From Alphaproteobacteria bacterium (GTDB lineage: Bacteria > Pseudomonadota > Alphaproteobacteria > SP197), in NCBI GenBank assembly GCA_964291415.2, contig OZ219917.1:992001-1056000 (forward strand): a stretch of DNA of 64,000 bases, read 5' to 3'. The translations under genes and the position numbers were made by a program. Positions within the stretch are counted from its first letter, which is position 1. Every line of letters starts with the position of its first letter. Of the stretch, positions 9,866 to 21,370 are shown one piece after another. Under the pieces are notes generated by a model that was not told where the DNA came from, ran no database searches, and saw only the letters and a list, made by a program, of their open reading frames with translations.

Positions 9866-10461
9866 CAGGAGGCATTCCGTTCGCCTGGATCATCGGGCGG
9901 AAGCCAGCCGAATCCGGCACCGGGTTCGGCCAGATAGGCCTCCTCGTCGGCTGTCGAGACCCGTCCCAGCATCCTGTTGCGGTGAGGGAAACGGCCGTAT
10001 CGCCTGATGACGTCGCGATGGGCTTCCGCGAAATGCAGCGAACGAGGATCATCCAGGGTGGCGAAGAGACGGACGCTCCGGTCCTGGACGGCGGGATCCT
10101 CGGAATGTTCGAACGGAAGGTAGACAAACTTGCGTTCAACGGCTTCAAGCCCGTCGGCATGTCCGCCGTCGACCGTTTCCGTCGCCAGTGCCAGAGCCGC
10201 GTCATCCGTCGAGAAGGCGGCGGCCTTGCCGCGGTAGATGTTCCGCGGAAACTGGTCGAGCACGATGATGGCGGCAAGCCGTCCGCGCGGCGTGGCGCGC
10301 CATGATGGCGGGACACCCTCCCGTCCCAGGCGGGCGTGCAATCCGCCGAACCTCCGGGCAATGGTCTCATCGAGGTCATCGCCGGGTTGGAACCACTCCT
10401 CCGGCGTCAACTGGTTGAACCAGAAATCGAGAACCTCTCCAGCTTCATCGGGAAGTGACAT
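9865..10461 (-). CDS. DUF924 family protein
   Basis: VLDFWF, IIVLDQFPRNIYRG, YLPFEHSE, RYGRFPHRN. Confidence 0.88.
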   Translation of the reverse strand: MSLPDEAGEVLDFWFNQLTPEEWFQPGDDLDETIARRFGGLHARLGREGVPPSWRATPRGRLAAIIVLDQFPRNIYRGKAAAFSTDDAALALATETVDGGHADGLEAVERKFVYLPFEHSEDPAVQDRSVRLFATLDDPRSLHFAEAHRDVIRRYGRFPHRNRMLGRVSTADEEAYLAEPGAGFGWLPPDDPGERNAS

Positions 10462-10464
10462 CGC

Positions 10465-12426
10465 TCAGATCTCCGCAGCTGCCTTGAGCCCCTCGAGAAC
10501 AGCCTCCTCGGCGGTTCTGGGGGCAAGGCAATCCCCGACAAGGTGAAGCTCTCCCGTCCAGTCCTCCAGCTCATCGGCAAGGTCGGTCACGGAATGATGG
10601 CCGAGAGCTGTGACGAGCGTGTCGACGTCCTCGACGATCATCGCCTCACCACTGGTGGCGTGTTGCAGGTAGACACTGTCGGCATCGGCGCCGAAGAGGC
10701 GGGCATAGGGAATGACCTTCACTCCCAGTTTCTGGAGGATGCCGGCCCAGTGGTCGCGGACGTACATCTGGATCGTCTGGCCGGGCATGTACCCGTCGAC
10801 CGCCAGGGTGACGTTGCAGCCGTTGCGCGCGAGGTGTTCGGCAAGGCCGAGGCCGATCCAGTCGCACCGCCAGTCGGCGATCACCACGTTGCCGCCTACA
10901 TTCGCCTCGCCCTTGACTACGGACCAGGCCTCGACGACATGGGCCTCGTCGCCTCCCTCGACGTCGACCGGCGCCGGCACGGCTCCGGTGGCGACGACGA
11001 CCACGTCGGGAGCCTCCTTGTCCACCAGTTCGCGTGTCACCTTGCGGTTCCGGATGACCTCGACGCCGGCCAGCTCCATTTCCCTGGAGAGATTGGTGAC
11101 GATGCCGCCGAATTCGGCGCGGCCGGGCAATGACTGCGCCAGCAGCGTCTGTCCGCCCAGGCGGTCTGTTGCTTCAAAGAGTGTCACCCGATGGCCGCGC
11201 TCCGCGGCCACCGCTGCCGCCTTCATGCCACCGGGTCCGCCTCCCGCCACCAGGACCTTCTTCACGCCGGCGGCCGGCTTGCGTTCGCCGTAGACGAGCT
11301 CGCGGCCTGATTCGGGATGCTGGATGCACGAGATGCCGACCCCCATGTGCATGTGACCGATGCAGGCCTGGTTGCACGCAATGCAGGCGCGGATGTCGTC
11401 GACACGGCCCTCCCGGGCCTTGTTGGCCAGCTGCGGGTCACAGATCTGTGCCCGCGTCATGCCCACCATGTCGGCCTGACCGCTGGCGACAACTTCCTCG
11501 GCCTGGTGAGGCTGGTTGATCCTGCCGGCCACGAACACCGGAACCGACACCTTCTGGCGGATGGTGGCGGCATAGGGCGCCACGTAGGCATTGTCGATGA
11601 ACATCGGCGGTACGATGTGAACGGAACCGCCGAGCGACGACGACGAACCGGCGATGACATTGAAGTAGTCGAGGCCGCCGCCTGAATCGAGCATGCCGAT
11701 GGCTGCGGTCACCGTCTCCACGTCGGGACCGTCATGGGAATGCTCGTCGCCGGTGATCCTCAGGCCCACGACATAGTCGCTGCCCACCTTGGCGCGGATG
11801 TTGGCGACGACGTCCCTCAGAAAACGCACGCGGTTCTCCAGGGTTCCGCCGTACTCGTCCTCGCGCACGTTGACCCGGGGATTGAGAAACTGCGCCGGCA
11901 GATATCCGTGGCTGGCGACAATCTCGACGCCGTCGAGTCCGCCTTCCCGGAGCCGGACGGCGGCGTCGCCATAGCCGTCGATCACGTCGTGGATCATGGC
12001 GCGCGGCATGGCTCGGGGCATGATGTGAAAGCGTTCGTTGGGCACCGAGGACGGCGCCCAGGCGACCGGCGCACTGCCATCGATCGAATCGAATATCTCG
12101 CGGCCCGGATGAAAGAGCTGCCCGAAGACACGGCAGTCATGACGGTGCACGCGGCGTGCAATGTTCCGGTAGCCGGGGATGCAGTCATCGGTGTGGGCCG
12201 TGATGGTGTGGGATGTGTAGACCGCCGAGCCGTGGATCAGCGCCACCTCGATGATCACCAGCCCGGCCCCGCCCCTGGCGCGGGACTCGTGGTAGGCCGC
12301 AAGTTCCTCGTTGGGCTTGTAGCCGGTGACGAGCGTCGTCATGTGACCGGTGGAAAAGATCCGGTTCCTGAAGGTCACATCCCTGATGGAAAGCGGCGAA
12401 AAGAGATTCGGGAACATGGTGGACAT
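10465..12426 (-). CDS. NADH:flavin oxidoreductase (OYE-like TIM barrel + 4Fe-4S + FAD domain; DgcA/StcD-like)
   Basis: LFSPL..RNRI, QLFHPGRE, SHGYL..QFL, DEYGG.LENR, CIACNQAC..C cluster, GGGPGG. Substrate unknown. Confidence 0.85.
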   Translation of the reverse strand: MSTMFPNLFSPLSIRDVTFRNRIFSTGHMTTLVTGYKPNEELAAYHESRARGGAGLVIIEVALIHGSAVYTSHTITAHTDDCIPGYRNIARRVHRHDCRVFGQLFHPGREIFDSIDGSAPVAWAPSSVPNERFHIMPRAMPRAMIHDVIDGYGDAAVRLREGGLDGVEIVASHGYLPAQFLNPRVNVREDEYGGTLENRVRFLRDVVANIRAKVGSDYVVGLRITGDEHSHDGPDVETVTAAIGMLDSGGGLDYFNVIAGSSSSLGGSVHIVPPMFIDNAYVAPYAATIRQKVSVPVFVAGRINQPHQAEEVVASGQADMVGMTRAQICDPQLANKAREGRVDDIRACIACNQACIGHMHMGVGISCIQHPESGRELVYGERKPAAGVKKVLVAGGGPGGMKAAAVAAERGHRVTLFEATDRLGGQTLLAQSLPGRAEFGGIVTNLSREMELAGVEVIRNRKVTRELVDKEAPDVVVVATGAVPAPVDVEGGDEAHVVEAWSVVKGEANVGGNVVIADWRCDWIGLGLAEHLARNGCNVTLAVDGYMPGQTIQMYVRDHWAGILQKLGVKVIPYARLFGADADSVYLQHATSGEAMIVEDVDTLVTALGHHSVTDLADELEDWTGELHLVGDCLAPRTAEEAVLEGLKAAAEI

Positions 12427-12667
12427 GGGGATCTCCGGCGAGCCAGCGGATACATAGCAAACATCAAGGGCTTCGGCGAGACGCACTCCGCCTGGGGGGA
12501 TTGGTCCCGACAGGCGAGCAGGAGGCAACTCCTTTTCCGGTGCCTCGCCGGCGCTCTTGCCAAAATGGCCGAACGGGGGCTGCAAGCCACCACAGCGACC
12601 AGCAGGTTTGCATCCGCCTCATTTCTCACATGACACGAACAGGAACTGCCCGTCCGGGTGATCTGGA

Positions 12668-13302
12668 TCAGCTGGAATGGACGATGACTCCGTTCATCAT
12701 CACCGGCCTGGAGCAGGACTGACGGTTCGCCGGCAAGTACATCGCGGTCGAGCACGACGAGATCGGCGGCCAGACCGGATTTCGGCATACCGGTGCGGTT
12801 CTACAGCCACGCCGCCCAGGCCGATTCGCGCGTTCCGTGCACGATGGTCTGTTCCACCGGCAGTGCCCAGTCGGGCCTGAGTGCCGGGAGGGTGTCGTCG
12901 GAGGGCGACTTTCGCGTGGATGCCAGGTACATGTTCGGCAGCGCTTCATGGGGTGCGGTAGGCGCGTCGGTGCCAAAGGCAAGAGCGGCTCCGGCAGCGA
13001 GATACAACGGCCAGGCGAAGCCGCGACTGGCGCGCTCGGGGCCCAACACCTCGAGCCAGTGATCGAGTATCGCGGGGTCCAGGTGGACCGGCTGCATCGA
13101 TGCGGTGACGCCTGCCCGTCGTGCGGTTCAAGCGCACGATCTTTCCACCAACCGGGTCCGGTGTGTTGTTGTCGATTCCGACTTCGGCAAGGGCCGCGGA
13201 GTTCACCCATGACGAGTGAAAGTCGCACGCATCGAGGTAGACCGGCCGGTCCGGCACGAACCTGTCCAGCATCTGCCTGGTGGGCGTTGCGTCGGGGACG
13301 TC
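12668..13302 (-). pseudogene. YtcJ-like amidohydrolase (amidohydrolase_3) remnant
   Basis: PTRQMLDRFVPDRPVYLDACDFHSSWVNSAAL..PDPVGGKIVR is joined out of frame to GVTASMQPVH..FGTDAP, then a premature TAG at 12801-12803 and GLAADLVVLDRD. N-terminus and central region are missing. Confidence 0.8.
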
Positions 13303-13503
13303 CGGCCCCCGGTGATCAGCCTTCTCCTGGTCATCTTCTTTCGCTCCGCTGCAGGACCACCCGGTCCCGGCAACCTGCCGTAGCCGTCACGATTCGCCGC
13401 GCTCCGCTCCCGTCTCGTCGAAAGGTGGTGAGGATGGATTGAGGCTGTGCCAGTGTAGACAGATCCACATCAGTCTGCCGAAAGAGGCCGGAGGAGGGAC
13501 GCC

Positions 13504-14829
13504 ATGGTGACACGCAGCAACACGGCCCGGAAAGCCGATCTCGAAAAGGCGGTTGCGGACTCCTTTTCCAGGTATGCCGCGCGCAATCCGCGAAGCCGGG
13601 AAGAAGACCTGAAGGCCGCCGACTACATGCCGGGCGGCAACACCCGCACTTCAATTTTCCATCCTCCCTTCCCGCTGACCATCGCCAGGGGTGAAGGCCA
13701 GTATGTCGAGGACATCGACCAGAACAGATACACGAACTTTGTCGGCGAGTTCGGCGCCGGACTCTTCGGACATTCCAATCCCGACATCGCCGCCGCCATA
13801 GGACGTGCGGTCTCGGACGGCTGGGTGCTCGGCGGTCCCAACCGCTACGAGCGCATTCTTGCCGCCGAACTGGTCAATCGCTTCCCGTCCATCGACAGGA
13901 TCCGGTTCACCAACTCGGGCACCGAGGCCAACATGATGGCCATCAGCATCTCCCGGGTGGTCTCCGGACGATCGAAGGTGATGGTGTTCGAGGGCGCCTA
14001 TCACGGCGGCGTCTTCCTGTTCAGTCACGGCGGGTCCCCCATCAACGCGCCCTTCGACTATGTCATGGCACCCTTCAACAACACGCAGGCGACCGTCGAC
14101 CTTGTCGAACGTCATGCCGATGACCTCGCCTGCGTCGTCATCGAGCCGATACAGGGATCGGGCGGCATGATCCCGGCAGACAGGGATTTCCTCGAGGCCT
14201 TGCGGGACGTCACCCACCGTCACGGCGTGATCCTCATCTTCGACGAGGTCGTGACAAGCCGGCTCTCGGGCGGCGGGCTCCAGGAAGTTCTCGGCGTGAC
14301 ACCCGACATGACGACCCTGGGCAAGTACATCGGCGGTGGCGCCGCCTTCGGCGCCTTTGGTGGACGCGCCGACATCATGGCGCATTTCGATCCCAGATCG
14401 CCTGAGGCAGTGGCCCATGCCGGCACCTTCAACAACAACGTCATCACCCACGCCGCCGGAGCGACGGCGATGACGCGGATCTACACGCCGGAGATCGCCG
14501 GGACGTTCAATGCCCGGGGCGACGCATTCCGGGAGGATCTGAACGCCATCATTCGCCGCCATCGCCTGCCCATGGTGGTGACCGGCCTTGGCTCCATCAT
14601 GCAGATCCACTGTTGCGAAGGACCGTTGAGAAACGAGCACGACGCCGAAAGAGACGACGACCTCAAGTCACAACTCCTCTTCCACGAACTCCTCGCACGG
14701 GGTCAGCGCATGACCTGGCGCAACTCACTGCTTCTGTGCCTGCCCATGACCGACAGCGATCTCCGGGGTTTCTGCGAGGCCTTCACTGACGTTCTCGGTG
14801 AACACAGCCATCTCTTCGCCATGGACTGA
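13504..14829 (+). CDS. Class III PLP aminotransferase (GSA-aminomutase-like / beta-amino-acid transaminase-like)
   Basis: MPGGNTR, RFTNSGTEAN, YHGG, IFDEVVTSR, TTLGKYIGGG, HAGTFNNN. Strong GGAGG RBS. Confidence 0.88.
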   Translation: MVTRSNTARKADLEKAVADSFSRYAARNPRSREEDLKAADYMPGGNTRTSIFHPPFPLTIARGEGQYVEDIDQNRYTNFVGEFGAGLFGHSNPDIAAAIGRAVSDGWVLGGPNRYERILAAELVNRFPSIDRIRFTNSGTEANMMAISISRVVSGRSKVMVFEGAYHGGVFLFSHGGSPINAPFDYVMAPFNNTQATVDLVERHADDLACVVIEPIQGSGGMIPADRDFLEALRDVTHRHGVILIFDEVVTSRLSGGGLQEVLGVTPDMTTLGKYIGGGAAFGAFGGRADIMAHFDPRSPEAVAHAGTFNNNVITHAAGATAMTRIYTPEIAGTFNARGDAFREDLNAIIRRHRLPMVVTGLGSIMQIHCCEGPLRNEHDAERDDDLKSQLLFHELLARGQRMTWRNSLLLCLPMTDSDLRGFCEAFTDVLGEHSHLFAMD

Positions 14830-14837
14830 AGCGCGGG

Positions 14838-16094
14838 TCACGAACGCGCGCCGTCGAGGTAATCGAAAGCGGAGAGGGCGTGGCTGCGTATGACGTGGAA
14901 GAAATCGTCGAGGGGGACGTGTTCGTCACGCTGGCCCATGCCCGTGGGGAAGGGACCGTAGACATAGGCGTTGATCCCCCGGTAGCGCCACAGCCTCGCA
15001 TCGGTTCCTCCGAGGCTGACGATGGGCTGGGGCCGATGCCCCGCCAGGGCCTCGACGTTGTCCTGGAGAATGCCGACCATGTCTCCATGGGGATCGCACC
15101 AGGAGGGACCCATGTAGTTCTGTTCCTCCATCGTGACCTGGGGCCAGCGTGCCAGAACCCCCTCCACGACACGCTGCACGGTCTCCTTGTCGCACCCGAC
15201 AGGAAGGCGGAAGTCGGCCTCGATCGTCGCGGAACCGGGAATCACGTTGACCTTGAGACCGGATTCGATGACGCCGATGTTGCAGGTGACCTTCTGGATG
15301 ATGGCATGGGCTCCCTCTCCCATGGCCCGGTCGAGCGTGTCGCGCGCATCGTCGATGGCACGGCCGATGTTGTGGGGAGGATCGACGCGGATGGCATCGA
15401 TCGCCGCCTGAAGATCCCGGCAGAAGTCCATCGCCACCAGGCTGGCGCTGTCGCCGGCATGGGTGTAGGCGCCGTGGGCACCCCTGGTCGTGACATGGAA
15501 TGTCACCCACCACGGTCCCTTCTCGGCAAAGCGGATTGAGTAGGGACTCGATGGTTCGCCGTTGAGGCAACAGTCACCGTGGACTTCCGGGTGATGTTCC
15601 ATCAGATAGCGCGCACCCCAGGGACCGAATGTCTCCTCGTCGGAGACGCACGTCAGGGTCAGGCGGCCGCCCAGATGTTCGCGGAGTCTGGAGAGGTACA
15701 TGTAGGTGAAGATCGATGCAGACGTGCCGCACTTCATGTCTGCCGAGCCGCGGCCCCACACGGCGCCGTCCTTGACGGCGCCCGACCACGGCGACCCGTG
15801 GGTCCATGGCTCGGGCGTGGCCGGAAACACGTCGATGTGACCGTTGAGCACGAGGTGGCGTCCCTCGCCGGAGCCATCGAAACTGGCGACGACATTCGGA
15901 AACATCGGTTCGGGGTCGATCACCCGGTGCGCCAGACCGTGTTCATCCAGAAACCGGCGGATGTGCGCCACCGCCTTGCGTGTATCGCCGGGTGGATTGG
16001 GCGTCGGCGTGGCGACGAAGTCGCTGAAGAAACCCTCCAGTGTCCGGCGGTCTTCCTCGATCCAGTCGAGTAGTTGCTGCTTGAGATCGGCCAT
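14838..16094 (-). CDS. M20 metallopeptidase/deacylase (ArgE/DapE family)
   Basis: LNGHIDVF, GRGSADMK, SDEE, GEPS, GGTDAR, DEHV. Confidence 0.9.
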   Translation of the reverse strand: MADLKQQLLDWIEEDRRTLEGFFSDFVATPTPNPPGDTRKAVAHIRRFLDEHGLAHRVIDPEPMFPNVVASFDGSGEGRHLVLNGHIDVFPATPEPWTHGSPWSGAVKDGAVWGRGSADMKCGTSASIFTYMYLSRLREHLGGRLTLTCVSDEETFGPWGARYLMEHHPEVHGDCCLNGEPSSPYSIRFAEKGPWWVTFHVTTRGAHGAYTHAGDSASLVAMDFCRDLQAAIDAIRVDPPHNIGRAIDDARDTLDRAMGEGAHAIIQKVTCNIGVIESGLKVNVIPGSATIEADFRLPVGCDKETVQRVVEGVLARWPQVTMEEQNYMGPSWCDPHGDMVGILQDNVEALAGHRPQPIVSLGGTDARLWRYRGINAYVYGPFPTGMGQRDEHVPLDDFFHVIRSHALSAFDYLDGARS

Positions 16095-17131
16095 CAGTGT
16101 CTCCGTGATGCGCTCCCGGCCGCCACTCTGGCGATGTCGAACAGCGTCCGCCGGCAGATGGTGGCGTCAGGCATGCCGGTCAGGCGGCATCGCGCCTCGG
16201 CATCGAAGAGGTGGTCGCGGGCGCGTTGAACAAGAGGCGCATTCCATCGCCGCCCCGCATCTTTCAAGGCGTCCTCGGCGCGGAAGTGGCGCACTCCCGC
16301 CGACTTCATCGCCTGGGCCTCGTTGACGCCTCGCCCCTTCAGTCCGAGGAAGAGTTCGAGCTGGGTGAGGTGGCGGCGCACGGCGCCAAGGATGGTGTCG
16401 GGCGATTCCCGGTTGGCCAGCGCCCTCTCGAGACTGCGGTCGAGGTCGTCAAGATTCCCTGACGAGACACTATGCGCAATGCGGTCAAGGGAGAGAAAGG
16501 AACTGTCGGCCACGGTGTTCTCGACGTCCCTTGCCGTCGCCCTTTGGCCAGGACCGACGTAGAGAGCAAGCTTGGCGATCTCGTTGCGGGTCTGCATCCG
16601 GTCGCCGCCAAGGCAGGATGCGAGAAGGCGTCGTGCATCGCCGTCGGCGGTGATGCCCTGCCTGGAGAGTTCGTCGGCGATAACGGCCTCGAGATCCCGC
16701 CCCTCGTCGCGATAACATGCCAGGGCGGCGGCGTCCTTCGCCTTCTCGAAGGCCGCGCGCAGCTTGGAGCGGGCGGCGAGTTCGCCGGCCTCGACAAGGA
16801 TCAGGGTATCGCCCGTCGGCAGCTTCAGCACTTCTGCCATGGTCGGGGCGAAACTGTCCGCCACACCGCGCACCCTCACGACCCTGCGGCCACCGGTCAT
16901 GGAGAGGGACACGGCTTCCTCCATGAGGCGTGCCGGGTCCTTTGCCGCCTCTTCTCCGGTGAGGTCGCAGACCCGGAAGGGGTCGCGGGGATCGTCAACC
17001 ACGCCGCCAAGCAGGAGATTGCTGCGCTCGCGGACAAGCCCCTGGTCCGGTCCGTAGATCAGCACCGCCCGGATGACATTGCCGGGAGCGCGGCAGAAAC
17101 TGTCAATCTCTCGCTTCGGAATCTTCACCAT
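16094..17131 (-). CDS. holA: DNA polymerase III delta subunit
   Basis: LIYGPDQGLVRER, KDPARL, SKLR..FE, EIAKLALY. Lies in the leuS-lptE-holA operon. Confidence 0.93.
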   Translation of the reverse strand: MVKIPKREIDSFCRAPGNVIRAVLIYGPDQGLVRERSNLLLGGVVDDPRDPFRVCDLTGEEAAKDPARLMEEAVSLSMTGGRRVVRVRGVADSFAPTMAEVLKLPTGDTLILVEAGELAARSKLRAAFEKAKDAAALACYRDEGRDLEAVIADELSRQGITADGDARRLLASCLGGDRMQTRNEIAKLALYVGPGQRATARDVENTVADSSFLSLDRIAHSVSSGNLDDLDRSLERALANRESPDTILGAVRRHLTQLELFLGLKGRGVNEAQAMKSAGVRHFRAEDALKDAGRRWNAPLVQRARDHLFDAEARCRLTGMPDATICRRTLFDIARVAAGSASRRH

Positions 17132-17200
17132 GGTTCAGGTGTCCGCCACCAGAGACCGACGAGTCCATCGCAAGGAGGACTGATTCACGTCGGTCATGGG

Positions 17201-17737
17201 TCAGGATCCGGCAGCCTGGTGATCACGGTCAAAGTGGAATGACAGGAGATAGGTGATGGTGTTGGCAAGGTCCCTTACCGCCTTGCGTGACGTATCTTGC
17301 CGTGCCACCTGGGAAGAATACTCGGAAACGACCACGTCGTGACTGCCGGTGGACCGTGCCGTCGACTGGTAGAGCACCTCTCCGCTCTCGAGGTCGCGCA
17401 GCGAGAACACCGCCGTCATGACAAGGTTCGACCGGGTCACGGTGTTCGAACTCTCGATGATCAGCGGCGAGAAGCGCTGGGTAAGGGTGACATCGAGAAC
17501 GAAGAGCGGGGGTTGCAGGCCGCCGCTCGTGGAGAACCGGTCAATGAGTTCGTTGCGCATGATCTGCCCGAGACGACGGTCCCGGCCATCACCGATGCGA
17601 TTGACCTGGATCGCCGCCAGCATCGCCTGGATCGATGGCGAGTCCTCACGTTCGGCCATGAGTGGCTTGAAGCCACAGGCCGGGACGAGGGCCGCCAACG
17701 GCATGCACGCGAGAAATCTGCGGCGTGAGGGATCCAT
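17201..17737 (-). CDS. lptE: LPS assembly lipoprotein LptE
   Basis: Lipobox ..PACGFKPL. Conserved position between leuS and holA. Confidence 0.85.
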   Translation of the reverse strand: MDPSRRRFLACMPLAALVPACGFKPLMAEREDSPSIQAMLAAIQVNRIGDGRDRRLGQIMRNELIDRFSTSGGLQPPLFVLDVTLTQRFSPLIIESSNTVTRSNLVMTAVFSLRDLESGEVLYQSTARSTGSHDVVVSEYSSQVARQDTSRKAVRDLANTITYLLSFHFDRDHQAAGS

Positions 17738-17741
17738 CCTC

Positions 17742-20300
17742 TCAGACCACGATGTTGACGACGCGGTTGGGGACCACGATCACCTTGCGGATGGGCCGGT
17801 CGCCAATGGCGCGCCTGACGTTTTCCTCGCCGAGCGCCGCCGATTCGACATTGTCATTGGCCGCATCCCGGGGCATGTCGAGCCGCGCCCTCAGCCTGCC
17901 GTTGACCTGGACGGGGATGGTCACCGTTTCCGTGGTGGCGAGATCCGGATCGGCCTCGGGCCAGGGCGTGTCGGCGATCAGAGTGTCGTGGCCAAGGCGA
18001 TTCCACATCTCCTCGGCAAGGTGGGGCATCATCGGCCCGATCAGGCGCGCGAGCATCTCGAGAGCCTCGCGCAAGGCCGCCGACTCACCCGGCTGCGTCA
18101 CCTGGACGCCGGCAATGGCGTTGGCCAACTCGTGAATCCGCGCCACTGCCCGATTGAAGTGGAACTTTTCGATATCGCCGGTGATGCCGGCAATCGTCCT
18201 GTGGACGGCACGGCGCAGTTCGAGGACTTCCCCCTCGACCGCCGGCACCGGTGTTCCCGGTGGTGGCAGTCCGTCCAGCATCTCGCTCGTCATGCGGGCA
18301 ATGCGCTGAACGAACCGGTGGGCTCCGGCGATGCCGCTGTCTGTCCATTCGAGGCCACGGTCCGGCGGCGAATCCGACAGCATGAACCAGCGGGCCGTAT
18401 CGGCGCCGTAGTCGCGAATGATGCTCTCCGGGTCGACCACGTTCTTGCGGGACTTGGACATCTTTTCCGAACGCCCGACGGTGACGGCCTCGCCGGTCTC
18501 GCGGGAGCGCACGGCACCATCATCATCCCTGATGACTTCCCGCGGTTCGAGATACAAGCCATCCGCCAGCCGGTAGGTCTCGTGCCCCACCATGCCTTGC
18601 GTGAAGAGACCGGTGAACGGCTCGTCGAAGTCGAGATAGCCGCAGCGCCTGAGAGCACGTGTGAAGAAGCGCGAGTAGAGGAGATGCAGCACGGCATGCT
18701 CGATGCCGCCGATGTACTGGTCGACCGGCATCCAGTAGTCGATTGCGGTGCGTGAGGCCGGTGTAGCGGCATGGGGCGAGCAGAAACGCAGAAAGTACCA
18801 GCTCGAATCGACAAAGGTATCAAGGGTGTCGGTGTCGCGCATCGCCCGGGCGTGGCAGCGTGGACAGGTGACGTACTTCCAGGTGGGGTGGTGATCGAGC
18901 GGATTGCCCGGACGTCCGAGTTCGATGTCGTCGGGAAGCCGGACCGGCAGGTCGCCCTTGGGTACCGGGATCATGCCGCAGGCAGGGCAGTGGATCACCG
19001 GAATGGGACACCCCCAGTAACGCTGGCGCGACACGCCCCAGTCCCGCAGCCTGTAGTTGATCTCGCGGCGTCCGGTGCCATCCGCTTCCATTCTCGAGGC
19101 AACCGCCTCCTTGGCTTCGGCGACGGAAAGACCGTCAAGAAACGCCGAATTGGCGAGCATGCCATCGCCGATGAAGGCCTCGGACGTGACCTGGAAACCG
19201 GCGGCATCACACTCCCGGGGCACGACCACGGGGATCACGTCCAGACCATAGGCATTGGCGAACTCGAGATCGCGCTGGTCATGGGCAGGACAACCGAAAA
19301 TCGCACCCGAACCATAGTCCATCAGCACGAAATTCGCGACGAAGACGGGGAGTTCCCGGCCATCGAAGGGGTGGATTGCGACGAGGCCGGTGTCGATGCC
19401 CTGCTTGTCGGCCCGTTCAATGGCTTCCTCGCCGGTTGCCGTGCGTCGGCACTCCTCGATGAAGTCCTCCAGCCCGGGTACCGAGTGGACAAGGTCCGCA
19501 TTCCACGGGTGTTCCGGGGAAATGGCCATGAAACTGGCGCCGAAGATGGTGTCATGGCGGGTCGTGAAGACCTCAAGCCTGTCGTCGCGTCCCTTGACGG
19601 AGAACAGCATTCTGAGGCCCTCGGAGCGGCCGATCCAGTTGGACTGCATGATGCGGACCTTGTCCGGCCAGCGTTCCAGTCCCTCCAGGGCATCCGTCAG
19701 CTCGTCGGCAAACTCCGTGATTCTCAGTACCCACTGGTTGCGGCGGCGCTTTTCAACGAGGGCGCCGGATCGCCATCCCCTGCCGTCGATCACCTGCTCG
19801 TTGGCGAGAACGGTGAGATCGACCGGATCCCAGTTGACCATGGTGTCCCGGCGGTCGACGAGTCCGGCTTCGAGAAAGTCGAGAAAGAGTTCCTGCTGGT
19901 GCCGGTAGTACTCAGGGAGGCAGGTGGTGATTTCACGCGACCAGTCCAGGGACAGACCCATGGACTGAAGCTGCCGGCGCATGGTGGCGATGTTGGCAAG
20001 GGTCCACTCGCGCGGATGGACGCCTTTCTCCATGGCGGCATTTTCCGCCGGCAGGCCAAAGGCGTCCCAACCCATGGGATGCAGGACGTTGAATCCCCGG
20101 GCCCGCTTGTAGCGGGCGACGAGATCTCCCATGGCGTAGTTGCGCACATGCCCCATGTGAATGCGGCCGCTGGGATAGGGAAACATCTCGAGGACATAGG
20201 CCTTGGGACGCTCGTCATCCTCGACGGCGACAAAGGTCTGCCTTTGCTCCCAGACCTGTCGCCAGCGGGTTTCGGCCTCCTGGAAGTCGTAGATCTCCAT
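17742..20300 (-). CDS. leuS: Leucine--tRNA ligase
   Basis: [14 protein letters not shown] (HIGH), [29 protein letters not shown]. Confidence 0.98.
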   Translation of the reverse strand: MEIYDFQEAETRWRQVWEQRQTFVAVEDDERPKAYVLEMFPYPSGRIHMGHVRNYAMGDLVARYKRARGFNVLHPMGWDAFGLPAENAAMEKGVHPREWTLANIATMRRQLQSMGLSLDWSREITTCLPEYYRHQQELFLDFLEAGLVDRRDTMVNWDPVDLTVLANEQVIDGRGWRSGALVEKRRRNQWVLRITEFADELTDALEGLERWPDKVRIMQSNWIGRSEGLRMLFSVKGRDDRLEVFTTRHDTIFGASFMAISPEHPWNADLVHSVPGLEDFIEECRRTATGEEAIERADKQGIDTGLVAIHPFDGRELPVFVANFVLMDYGSGAIFGCPAHDQRDLEFANAYGLDVIPVVVPRECDAAGFQVTSEAFIGDGMLANSAFLDGLSVAEAKEAVASRMEADGTGRREINYRLRDWGVSRQRYWGCPIPVIHCPACGMIPVPKGDLPVRLPDDIELGRPGNPLDHHPTWKYVTCPRCHARAMRDTDTLDTFVDSSWYFLRFCSPHAATPASRTAIDYWMPVDQYIGGIEHAVLHLLYSRFFTRALRRCGYLDFDEPFTGLFTQGMVGHETYRLADGLYLEPREVIRDDDGAVRSRETGEAVTVGRSEKMSKSRKNVVDPESIIRDYGADTARWFMLSDSPPDRGLEWTDSGIAGAHRFVQRIARMTSEMLDGLPPPGTPVPAVEGEVLELRRAVHRTIAGITGDIEKFHFNRAVARIHELANAIAGVQVTQPGESAALREALEMLARLIGPMMPHLAEEMWNRLGHDTLIADTPWPEADPDLATTETVTIPVQVNGRLRARLDMPRDAANDNVESAALGEENVRRAIGDRPIRKVIVVPNRVVNIVV

Positions 20301-20335
20301 CCCTGGCGCCCCCGGAGGGATCGTCCGTGATCCGC

Positions 20336-20893
20336 TCACTCGCCAAGCCAGGCAATGCGCAACAGCCGTGCCTGCGTCAGTATGGCGTTTTCGAGTGCTG
20401 TGGCCGTGTCTTCGGAGGTGACTGCATCCTGCCATCCGTCGGCACCCTGGACCTGCCGGTTGACGGCAACACGCAGGGCCGAGGCTGTCAGTCTGGTGTC
20501 AAGTATGTAGACCGCCACCTTGAGCCGCTCTTGCGGCGATTCGGGCGGCCTGTACCAGTCGTAGATGATGACACCGCCGAAGGGATCAGCAGAAATTGGT
20601 GGCAGGAAAGCCAGTGTGTCGAGCGAGGCGCGCCACAGGAAGGCGTTGACCCCGAGTCCCCCGCCCGGACTCTCGCTTGCGCTGCCGGACAACAGGGAAT
20701 TGAGGCCGCCGCTGCCGAAGATGGTCTCGCGATCGGGATCGTCGATGTCCGGTTCGAAGCGGCCCTGGGGCGTCGTAATGGTGTCCTCGACACCTTCGTG
20801 AGAAATGTCCGCTCCGCCGCAGGCGGCAAGGAATCCCGCCAGCAGGACAGCGCCGGCTGCAGGCAAAATGAGGCGTGTTCGGAATGTGTGCAA
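20336..20893 (-). CDS. DUF3576 family lipoprotein (start codon uncertain, TTG assumed)
   Basis: Lipobox [43 protein letters not shown]. Usual neighbour of leuS in Alphaproteobacteria. Confidence 0.8.
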   Translation of the reverse strand: MHTFRTRLILPAAGAVLLAGFLAACGGADISHEGVEDTITTPQGRFEPDIDDPDRETIFGSGGLNSLLSGSASESPGGGLGVNAFLWRASLDTLAFLPPISADPFGGVIIYDWYRPPESPQERLKVAVYILDTRLTASALRVAVNRQVQGADGWQDAVTSEDTATALENAILTQARLLRIAWLGE

Positions 20894-20984
20894 GGTCAGG
20901 ACTGCCCTGTCGGGATGGCTGATCAGACCCTCACAGTCTGGTACGGGTACAGCTGGCGGGCAAGCAGATTCTCGTATCCGCCGG

Positions 20985-21311
20985 CTACCGCGCGCGCCAC
21001 CTGTTGGCCGCGCCCGGGTCGACCAGGTGAGCGAGATCGTCTTCCTTCTCCAGCCAGGTATCCACCGCTTGGGCGACTTGGTCGAAGCGTTCTCCCGCCC
21101 CGAGTTCCCGCGTGCGGTATTCCTCGAGACTGGAGAGGATGAGAATCTCGCGCATCGCCCGCCGCAGGACCGCCACCGGCACCGCCTCGCGTGCCGTCGC
21201 CTTCCTGATGAGGAAGCGGCTGACGGATTCACCGGCGAGGCGGGCCAGTTCCGTCACCCTTTCCCATTCCGTGTCTGACGCCTCGATGAAGCGCTGTCTG
21301 GTACCTGGCAT
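20985..21311 (-). CDS. Small ribbon-helix-helix (MobC/CopG-like) DNA-binding protein
   Basis: RQRFIEASDTEWERVTELARLAGESVSRFLIRKA matches the RHH beta-alpha-alpha pattern. Confidence 0.55.
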   Translation of the reverse strand: MPGTRQRFIEASDTEWERVTELARLAGESVSRFLIRKATAREAVPVAVLRRAMREILILSSLEEYRTRELGAGERFDQVAQAVDTWLEKEDDLAHLVDPGAANRWRAR

Positions 21312-21370
21312 CACAGGGGACCGCCTTCGGAACATTACCGGAACAAAACATGGTGTGTCCGGCCCCAGGT

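Noticed and set aside
12430-12660. Possible riboswitch upstream of the OYE-type gene
   Set aside because: GC-rich pairing is possible, but I could not match glycine, cobalamin, TPP or SAM consensus elements.
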